A DNA stretch of 64,000 bases. Origin: an uncultured Alphaproteobacteria bacterium. GTDB lineage: Bacteria; Pseudomonadota; Alphaproteobacteria; Rhizobiales; Beijerinckiaceae. A model generated the notes under the pieces. That model had not been told where the DNA came from, made no database searches, and saw only the letters and a list, made by a program, of their open reading frames with translations. This document shows positions 56,456 through 64,000 of the stretch, one piece after another. Numbering within the stretch: position 1 is the first letter of the stretch; every line of letters starts with the position of its first letter. The stretch is taken from contig CAWKON010000008.1 of assembly GCA_963851225.1 (NCBI GenBank), positions 56,653 to 120,652 on the forward strand. Direction: 5' to 3'. The position numbers and the translations under genes were made by a program.

Positions 56456-56575
56456 TTCCTGCGAAGATCTAGGTAGTGAAGCAGCATAAAAATTTACCCA
56501 ATTGGGAGCTGTCTTGCGATCCGGATTGGCATAACCTCCTCCGTGTTCCCCGCATGGAGGAAGAGGAGGTTAGTC
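56456..56575 (+). promoter_or_regulatory. conserved cassette leader, copy 3, with SD-sequestering hairpin (56533-41 with 56563-71)
   Basis: Identical to the copy-2 leader over ~115 nt. Confidence 0.45.
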
Positions 56576-57073
56576 ATGTCGGATGGCCATCAGGATTGCA
56601 GCGAGGCAAGGTCTTCGCTCCACGGCGAAGCCAAACGCTATTTTTCACGCGGGCTTATCCTAAGAGCCTTAGCCGCGAGTTTCGCGGCCTGTGCGATGAC
56701 CTTGCCGGCCCTGGCCCAGCTGGCTGCGCCCGTGTATGTCACGGGGTCTGCCGCCGCTACAATTACGGTCACTTTCACGGTGGCTCCTCCTACGGGGTCC
56801 ACTGTTTCTTGTAACCTGGCGTTGGTCAGTAATGATCCGCGCGCGCCGTCCGACAGCGCCTCCGTTACCTCGACGGTGAGCGGCTCGACCGCGACCTGTG
56901 TAGTAACGCTGAACTACAGATGGCGCCTCACGAGCACAAGCCTCTCCACGGATTTGATGACGATTGGTTATTCGGTCCAGGGGCCGGTTGCGACCAGCTC
57001 GGGACTTGTCAACATCATTCCAATGCCGGCCGACGGTACGCATTTGAGTCAGAGTTTCGGGGTCACCCAGTAA
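56576..57073 (+). CDS. cassette copy 3, small secreted protein (165 aa)
   Basis: The N-terminal half is identical to copy 2. The mature region is closer to copy 1 (APPTGSTVSC...NYRWRLTSTSLSTD). Confidence 0.8.
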   Translation: MSDGHQDCSEARSSLHGEAKRYFSRGLILRALAASFAACAMTLPALAQLAAPVYVTGSAAATITVTFTVAPPTGSTVSCNLALVSNDPRAPSDSASVTSTVSGSTATCVVTLNYRWRLTSTSLSTDLMTIGYSVQGPVATSSGLVNIIPMPADGTHLSQSFGVTQ

Positions 57074-57125
57074 TCGGGCGTCGAGTACTAATCCGAGGTT
57101 TCTAATCGGGACGGAGCTAACTTCC

Positions 57126-58349
57126 ATGCATTATTTGCGCGCTGCTGTCGCTCTCGTGGCGGCTATGACGTTCTCTTCAATGGCTTTTGGCGAGACGCGT
57201 CCGGCGATTGCGATATTCTCGGCGCCGGATGGCCCTAGGGCGCTAGCCATCGAACCCTCAAACACCCCCAGTTCGGCCACCTACTCCACAAGCATTGCAA
57301 GATATACCCCCGTGCCCACGTTGATTATCGGCATAACCGAGTACGATCCATTGAACTGCAAATGGCTAGATTTGGCAAGTGGACCGACCCCAACTCGTCT
57401 CTTAAACCTGTATTCAAAGGGAAGCCTGCTGGGCCGGTAGGCTACCAGAGAACTTTTGCAGGCACATTACCGAGCACCACGCCTTGCCCTGGACTGGCAG
57501 TTACTTATCTCGCAATAGATTTTTCGTGGATGGCTCATTACAATCAAACCGGATTAGGATCAGGCGTTGCTCCACCTCCATGTAAAACAACAAATCCAGT
57601 GTGCCCAACGGCTGTTTTTCAAGGAGAATGGACCACGAAGGACAAAATGTTTGATATAGTGTACAGCTTCCAAGTTAGCGTGGATGTGGTGCGTCCAATT
57701 GGCGAGACGACTAACTGGCAGGGTTGGTCGGGATGGTTCGGTAGCGGCCTCGTGGGCCAATGGGCGGCGACGCTCAAGCCTCCAACCACAGATCCGGATT
57801 TCGATTTTACAGGGGAGACGACACAAGAAAGATTTTCTAATAAAAAAGACACCTGCGCTCTTAAAACGACTACAAAAAATAACATTCCACTGGGAAACGT
57901 AACAAGTCCCGGCAAGAACTTTCCGGTAATGGATGGCCCGCCTGGTAAGTATATTGACGGAGTTGAGCGTCGGTGGTGACGATCCGCAATCAGTATGTTC
58001 CGTACTCTGTCATTTCATCACAAATCCAGCTGGTTGCTTTCTCTCAGTACAGCAGCAGATGAGCATTATGTCCCCGGCCGATACGGCCTTTGTCAAATAT
58101 CCCGCCGTTAATATCCTCGAAGCTGGCAGCATCGGCTCAATCACCTCCGCGTTCCTAGTCCTAAAGCCCTCACAAGGCCACGCCACCGTAACATCAAATC
58201 GCTATCCCATTTCTGGCCCACGCCCTGAACCAATGAGCCATCCAAGCGGCGATCTCGACCTGAGCAATTGTACTAGTATTAGGATTCCTCTTCCTACTAA
58301 ACCTGTTACTTCTAGAAACTTTAATTTTCCCCAAGATTGTAGTAAATAG
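57126..58349 (+). pseudogene. cassette copy 3, large secreted Cys-rich protein, reading frame broken twice (~57400, ~57960)
   Basis: ORFs 57126..57440, 57362..57979 and 57933..58349 are consecutive. Conserved motifs include IGITEY, VRPIGETTNWQGW, PPTTDPDFDFTGET and DGPPGKYIDGV. Confidence 0.7.
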
Positions 58350-58379
58350 ATGTAGCTTGCATTTTATAGAGTAGGGGAG

Positions 58380-58733
58380 CGCACAGGGGGATAGCCGGTT
58401 TTCCCACGACCCTTGAGTTGGATGCGCTGAATATCCGAAAGGATATCGGCCACGCCCAGGATTACAAAAATGCGGCCAGAGAAAGCTTCGGTCTAATCAT
58501 GCCGGGCGGGGGCGTGATTGCCGGCCCGCCAGCGCAGCGCACCATTCATCACGAGCCAACGAGTCTGGTAAGCGGGCCCGCCTCGCCGATCATGCTTGAC
58601 ATCCAACGAATGGCGGAATCCGGCCTCGGCCGAATCGCCATCGGACATGTGCGAACGCCGGTCTTACAGATTGAACGAGAGACCGCCGTCTGATGCCTTG
58701 TAAGGTTTTTGCCCCGATCGTACCAAAATGTTT
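58380..58733 (+). repeat. 3' cassette repeat, copy after cassette 3, abutting the IS5-family element
   Basis: ~85% identical to 56100..56455 with small indels. Its last bases CGATCGTACCAAAATG coincide with the start of the IS terminal inverted repeat. Confidence 0.6.
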
Positions 58734-59905
58734 CGAGACCTGGGTGCGGGGGTTTCTTATTTTGTTGTTTGACGCGGCTTTGGCGATTTGCCGGGTTGGA
58801 AGCACTGCGGCTGGAAAATTCTGGTTGAGCTGCGGCCGCCCCGCTTCTCGCGGGCTTTGCCGCGGAGCGCTTTTGCCGCCGCTCAGGCGGTTTGCAGCCG
58901 GAGGGAGCGCTTCATATTGTAAGCGATGGCGGCAAGACGCACTTGCAATCTGGCTTTGGCCAAGCCCATCCACCGCATCGCGCGAAAGTGATAACTGCGC
59001 TTCCAGGTGCCAAAAATTTTTTCAATGCGCGGCCGGATGGGCTTGAGCGGGCGATTATGTTCTTTGAGCGCTTCGGCCTTGAGCCAGCGATGGCCCTTGC
59101 GCAAGAGCTTCGCGGTCCCGCCCTTCGCTTCGATCGCCGCCCCGGCCGAGAGCGCATCATAGGCCTTGCCGCCATAGACCTCGCCCGGATCATCGGGAAT
59201 GATCGAAGGAGCAATGTTGACATCGGCCTCGTTGGCGGGCGCCGTCTCAACCTCGCGGATGATTCCCGTGTCCTTACCGGCGGCAATATGCGCCTTATAG
59301 CCATGCATGGGCGCGCGGCTCTTGTGCTTGGCCCAGGCGGCTTCGTGATCGCCCTTGGACGCCGGGCCAATCACCGCCGCATCGATCAGCGCGCCTTTGC
59401 GGACAGCGGCGCCTTTGGCTTCGAGATCGCGCGCGATTGCTTCAAACAAGCTCTTGTCGAGATCCTGCGCTAAAAGCAGGCGGCGGAAGCGCACAAAGGC
59501 GGTGCGCCCGGGGGGGTCTTCCTCGCGGGCAAAGCCGCAAAAGCGGCGGAAGCTCGCGCGGTCCGCGAGCGCTTCTGCCAGCATCACATCGGAAAGATCA
59601 TACCAGCTTGCGATGAGCAGCGCCTTGAACATCGAAAACGGCGGCCAAGCCTTTTCGCCCATTGCCGGAGCATAAAGCCCGGTCAAGGTGCGGCCCGCGG
59701 GCTCCCAATCGATCAAGGTCAAAAGCGCATCAAGGCTCGTTGGCCGCACAGCCCTTGCGCCGAAACGAAAACTCTCCTGCCCGATCTGCCGCAGCGCCAT
59801 GATCACCTCCAATCTCATTCGATGAAATGGAATCATAGACCGCAGTCCGCGACAAGCATTCGCAGAAACTTGCGCACAGGTCTCGAAACATTTCGGTACG
59901 ATTGG
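58722..59905 (-). mobile_element. IS5-family insertion sequence (~1.18 kb) with ~30-bp terminal inverted repeats
   Basis: Inverted repeats ATCGTACCAAAATGTTTCGAGACCTGGGTGCG (58722..) and, as reverse complement, CAATCGTACCGAAATGTTTCGAGACCTGTGCGC (..59905). A single transposase gene lies inside. Confidence 0.7.
58883..59836 (-). CDS. IS5-family DDE transposase (317 aa)
   Basis: MIPFHRMRLEVIMALRQIG...LIDWEPAGRTL...WPPFSMFKALLIASWYDLSDVMLAEAL...RFCGF and C-terminal DDE region. The start is taken at MIPFHR; the longer ORF reads through the inverted repeat. Confidence 0.8.
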   Translation of the reverse strand: MIPFHRMRLEVIMALRQIGQESFRFGARAVRPTSLDALLTLIDWEPAGRTLTGLYAPAMGEKAWPPFSMFKALLIASWYDLSDVMLAEALADRASFRRFCGFAREEDPPGRTAFVRFRRLLLAQDLDKSLFEAIARDLEAKGAAVRKGALIDAAVIGPASKGDHEAAWAKHKSRAPMHGYKAHIAAGKDTGIIREVETAPANEADVNIAPSIIPDDPGEVYGGKAYDALSAGAAIEAKGGTAKLLRKGHRWLKAEALKEHNRPLKPIRPRIEKIFGTWKRSYHFRAMRWMGLAKARLQVRLAAIAYNMKRSLRLQTA

Positions 59906-60431
59906 CGAAAAGCGGCGGCGGCGCGCTGCTGGCGGCGTTTGATGCGCGAACGTGTGCCCAGTGTAAGATTGGCACGAATGAGCGTGCCGGAGAAGTGCCG
60001 AGGCCAAGCCCAGCGTTTGATACCGGCCGGTTTTCAAAAATGGAAAACTTTTGCACCTGAATTCTGCACCGAGAAAGTCTTTAAAAATCAAACGCCGATT
60101 TTTGGTGCAATAATCTTGCAGACTGCGAGAAAACTCACCCACGCGAGCGGCAATTGATGGATTTCAGCCGATTTCGGCGGTTCTCGTCCATCACAGGCTC
60201 GCCGAGGCGCAAAAATTTGGTCAAGACGAACCACTTCTCGGCAAAATCCTAGTTTTCACACGGTCTGCTTGAATTTTGCACCAAATGAAACGCGTAACGC
60301 GTTTGACGCGCGTCGTCGCCGCGAGCCTTTGCAAGAAGGAAAATTCTAGCCGCGTGGACTCGCTCCAGGATTTATGGCCTTGCGTCCCGATGTAGGTAGC
60401 ACCAAATGAGGTTGACGCTACAGGGAGTCAA

Positions 60432-61000
60432 ATGTTCACAAGATACAGTTTCCCACAGCGCTATAGTCCAGCTGCTCAGTTTTTTTCCACTGGAGTTCCG
60501 TGCTGCTCGTCGGCTTTGCTTGGGTGGTAGGAGACTTTGGTGATGACCTGCCGAAAGGCAGCTTCCGTGAACTCGGCGAATTCATCCACGTCTCAGCCGG
60601 ACAATTAATTGTCGCTTTGCTCGTAATGCGTCTCGTGTGGCGCGTAATCACTCCGCCGCCACTACCAGAGGCGACGCCTCTGGGACTATGGACAGATCGT
60701 GGCGGCAGGGTCATGCATTTTATGCTTTACGCGCTGCTTGCGGCAGTCCCGATTGCGGGCATCGTGACGCTGTTCGCGGGCGGTGATGGCTTGCCGCTGT
60801 TCGGCTACGGCGAAATTCCTTCGCCTTGGCTCAAAGACGAGGCGTTCGAACAAAACGCCAAGGAAATCCACGAGACGTTGGCAAATGCGCTGATTATTTT
60901 AGCGATGTTCCACGCAAGCGCGGCACTTGTCCATCATTTTTATTTCAAGGACAGAACACTTAAACGAATGTTGCCCAGCGGTTTCGACAAGCACGCGTGA
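60432..61000 (+). CDS. cytochrome b561 family protein (CybB-like), frameshift in a T7 run at ~60472
   Basis: MFTRYSFPQRYS (frame 0) then FFHWSSVLLVGFAWVV... (frame 2) reproduces the CybB N-terminus M..KYS..Q..HW. His ligands in the TM helices. Restoring T8 in cagtttttttcc gives QFFFHW. Confidence 0.7.
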
Positions 61001-61218
61001 CGAGGCTGCCACAACCACCGTTGTGGAACGGTGCTTTTTTGTTGATTTATGACACAGAGTCTTGCGCGGCTGTTCCCTTCAGCCCAGTGTCGCCTTTATG
61101 CATCACAAGCTGGCATGACGAGAAACGCTTGTACGACGAAACGCCTTTCTGGCCCTCGGCCAGTGATATTCTCCGGGACTGGGCCGCGCGCGTGGCAGAT
61201 GCAGTTCGCTGCGGCACA

Positions 61219-61870
61219 ATGATCGAACACACCGCCTTCCCTATTGATCCGGTGCTGTTTTACACCTTTTTGATTGCTGCCGTGCTGATCGAAATCACGC
61301 CGGGCCCGAACATGGCCTATCTGGTCACATTAGCGATGACGCGCGGTCGCACCGCCGGATTGGCGACGGTCGCTGGAATTACGATCGGCCTTGCGGTCTA
61401 TATGGTGACGGCGGCCTTTGGCCTCACCGGAATTTTTTTGCTCTACCGTCCTGCCTATGACGCATTGCGCTTTCGCTGGCGTCGCGTATTTACTCTGGCT
61501 CGCCGTAGAAACTTGGCGTAGCGCGGATGGCGGCGAAGCCGGCGATTTTACGGAATTGTCCTGCCCGCAATTTGCGATGCGCGGCTTTCTCATCAACATT
61601 CTTAATCCGAAAGCCGCGGTGTTCTACATCGCGTTGCTGCCCTCTTTTATCCAAGCCGAACATGCCGGGCCGCGCACACAGGCGCTGCTGTTGGGCTCTG
61701 TTCACATTGTTATCAGCATCGCCGTGCATCTGTTGCTGGTTCTGCTCGCAGTAAGGCTCGGCGGCTTCGTCGCCATGGGCACCGGAGGCTCCGTCCTTAT
61801 GCGCCGGATTTTTGCGGTGCTGTTGGCGGGCGTGGCGGCGTCGCTGACCTATGAGACGAGAGCCGTTTGA
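61219..61870 (+). CDS. LysE/RhtB-family amino-acid exporter, frameshift near 61450
   Basis: N-terminal block LIEITPGPNMAYLVTLAMTRGRTAGLATVAGITIG. C-terminal half LINILNPKAAVFYIALLPSFI... is in ORF 61418..61870. Confidence 0.7.
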
Positions 61871-62084
61871 ACACGAATTGAGCGCTCTGGCCGTATACGC
61901 GCAAGCCACATAAGATCATGTGTTCATGGTCGGCCTACTCTGACGACCGCTCCCGTTCTTGGCAGCCATTTGGATGATGTCACCACGCATGACGCTTGAG
62001 GGCCTGTTCCAAAAGCCTCGCCCTAACGCTTAGAGACGACCTTTCAGGCCTCCTCAGAGTGAGGGCGAGGCTTTTGAACAGGGG

Positions 62085-62994
62085 CTAAGGATCGAAAAAA
62101 CCGGCGGGGATTTGGGCCGTGAGTTCTCGCCCGGCCGCTTCTCCGAGCGATGCCGCCTCGGCCACTGGCCCAGACACCGCTGTCTCGAAAAACCTCCGAA
62201 CCATCGGGCTTTAGCACGATGGCGTGAAAATCGACGTTGCCCGCTTCGACCCGCGCATGTGCGCCGATCGGCGTCTTGCAGGAGCCATCGAGAACCCTCA
62301 AAAATGCGCGCTCCGCCGTAAGTGCCATCCCCGTTACCGCGTCGAGAACCGGGGCAAGGAGTGCCCGCGTGGAATCGTCGCTGGTCCGAATAGTGATGGC
62401 AATCGCGCCCTGACCCGCCGCCGGAACAAATTCTCGCACGTCGAGCACGCTCGTTGCCGCCGCCTCGAGGCCGAGGCGCTTCAATCCAGCAAGCGCCAGT
62501 AGCGTGGCGGCAGCTTCCCCCTTCGCGACCTTGGCGAGGCGCGTCTCGACGTTGCCGCGCAACAGCGCGATCTGCAGGTCCGGCCGCAGCCGCTTGACCA
62601 TGGCAGCCCGTCGAAACGAAGCGGTGCCGACAATGCTGCCAGCGGGAAGCTTGAGCGGATGCGGTGCGTGCGAAGAAATCCATGCGTCGCGCACATCTTC
62701 GCGAGGAAGATAACCGCAGATTTCGATTCCCGTTGGTAAAAATGTCGGCAAATCCTTCGCCGAATGCACGGCCATTTCGATACTGCCGGAAGCCAAGGCA
62801 AGGTCGAGCTCCTTGGTAAAAAGCCCTTTGCCACCGGCTTCGCTCAACGGCACGTTGAGAAACATGTCGCCGCTGGTTTTGATGGTGGCGATCTCAATGG
62901 CCGCTGGATCGAGGCCATGCGCCGCCATGAGGCGATCCTTGAGCTCACGCGCCTGCGCCAGCGCCAAGGGGCTGCCCCGCGTCCCTAGTCTCAC
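62085..62994 (-). CDS. hemC: hydroxymethylbilane synthase (porphobilinogen deaminase), frameshift near 62180 affecting the last ~30 codons
   Basis: MRLGTRGSPLALAQA...AVHSAKDLP...GTASFRRAAMVKRLRPDL and the cofactor-binding Cys region. The true C-terminus VSGPVAEAASLGEAAGRELTAQIPAGFFDP* is in an alternate frame ending at 62085. Confidence 0.8.
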
Positions 62995-63212
62995 GGGAAG
63001 GGCAATTCCTAATCGCGATGCGGAGGCAGGAATCGGCGGATTTCCTTATTGGTTGCATGTCTCTATAAGTTGAAGAGTAATGCGGCTGGCGGCGAATACC
63101 AAATTTCTTCGCCAAATGCCAAGCGAGTGTTTTTGATTAGGCAAATATGCGATTGACGGCCCACGTAGGATGCGGGAAAAGATTCTGCAGTAGCGGACGC
63201 ATCGCCTAGGAG

Positions 63213-63758
63213 TTGTCACGGCATATGGTCAAAGCACCCCTGCCACCAGATAAAAACGACGCCCGCGCACCTGATCGTAACAACATTTGGTTTTCGGCGC
63301 CGGCGTTATGGACCGTTATCGGTAGTCTAGTAACAGCTGCCATTGGCGCGGCTATAACAGGGTATTGGAATAATTCACTTGAGCACGAAAAATTCGTCTC
63401 TAATACTAAGTTTGAGCGGCGTAAATTCAAATCTGAGTTGATACAAAAGGCTTTGGAAGGGGACGACGATAGCAAAAAAGCCAGTCGCCTAACATTCCTA
63501 GCGAAAGCCGGTCTAATCGACGACTACAGCAAAGAAGTTCTAAACACACTCCCAACCTTCCTCGGAGCAGCTATAAGAGATCATATTACCACAGTGGGAG
63601 AGGTCAAGAAAGTCTTCCACCAAATTGGTTTGCATACAGGTCCGATAGATGAAGTAGCAGACGAGGCCTTTCGTAAGGAGGTAGTAGAATTCCAGAGTTC
63701 GAGGGGCCTCCCACCGGACGGATACGTCGGCAAGGATACCTATGCAAAACTGAGCTAG
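63213..63758 (+). CDS. membrane-anchored protein with C-terminal peptidoglycan-binding (PG_binding_1-like) domain; a second PG-binding repeat follows in-frame after a TAG stop (to 63990)
   Basis: One TM helix (IWFSAPALWTVIGSLVTAAIGAAITGYW), then EAFRKEVVEFQSSRGLPPDGYVGKDTYAKLS*. After the amber codon comes ...DENFRKEIEKFQENNNIPVDGYMGSPLTYSKL. The region is AT-rich relative to the window. Confidence 0.5.
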   Translation: MSRHMVKAPLPPDKNDARAPDRNNIWFSAPALWTVIGSLVTAAIGAAITGYWNNSLEHEKFVSNTKFERRKFKSELIQKALEGDDDSKKASRLTFLAKAGLIDDYSKEVLNTLPTFLGAAIRDHITTVGEVKKVFHQIGLHTGPIDEVADEAFRKEVVEFQSSRGLPPDGYVGKDTYAKLS

Positions 63759-64000
63759 GCATGGCTGGGGCACTTCAAAAAAGATTTTCTCACGGTTCGA
63801 GAGGCCCAGAACGTCCTTGCCCATCTTGATCCAAGTCTGCATACAGGTCCGCTCAATGATGTGGCAGACGAAAACTTTCGCAAGGAGATAGAAAAGTTCC
63901 AGGAGAATAATAATATTCCAGTGGACGGATACATGGGTAGCCCACTTACCTATTCTAAACTGAGGGAGGCGTATCCCAATTACCACGAGTAGAATTAGCC

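Noticed and set aside
58418-58693. 91-aa ORF (and the similar ORF at 56137..56421)
   Set aside because: These lie inside the conserved non-coding 3' cassette repeat. The two copies differ by indels, so the reading frames are not conserved.
60436-60714. 92-aa minus-strand ORF
   Set aside because: It is antisense to the cytochrome b561 gene.

Overview
High-GC alphaproteobacterial chromosome segment (Hyphomicrobiales-like: otsAB, phasin, hslVU, encapsulin). About 60 features are listed. Core genes: thiC (5' partial), DEAD-box helicase, a GH15-otsA-otsB trehalose locus, gloA, CDF and MFS transporters, M32 carboxypeptidase, arylsulfatase, NDH-2, phasin, O-methyltransferase, tRNA-Asn and tRNA-Cys, a P1B heavy-metal ATPase, aat, an AI-2E transporter, hslVU, trpS, pepF, cytochrome b561, a LysE exporter and hemC. 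Accessory content is dense. There is an Xre/RES toxin-antitoxin pair with a third co-operonic unknown gene. An IS21-family element with an 8-bp target duplication sits inside an older transposase gene. A DyP-peroxidase/encapsulin operon ends in an IS5(IS427-group) element nested in the terminal inverted repeat of an IS701-like element, exactly at the encapsulin stop codon. A second IS5-family element lies near 58.7-59.9 kb. The most unusual locus is at 52.1-58.7 kb. It holds three tandem ~2.16-kb copies of a two-gene cassette: a small ~165-aa secreted protein and a ~365-aa Cys-rich secreted protein. The leaders and signal peptides are near-identical while the mature regions are strongly diversified. 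The leader carries either a sigma54-like -24/-12 box (copy 1) or an SD-sequestering hairpin (copies 2 and 3). Each cassette is followed by a conserved ~300-bp repeat, and the IS5 insertion sits at the end of the last repeat. A global observation: many conserved genes (otsA, CDF, lplT-like, M32 peptidase, porin, DyP, copA, aat, hslU, trpS, pepF, cytochrome b561, LysE, hemC and others) are split across reading frames. At least two breaks map to homopolymer runs. This suggests indel-type sequencing errors rather than, or in addition to, genuine pseudogenisation. The six-frame ORF track includes stop codons and translates GTG/TTG starts as M.
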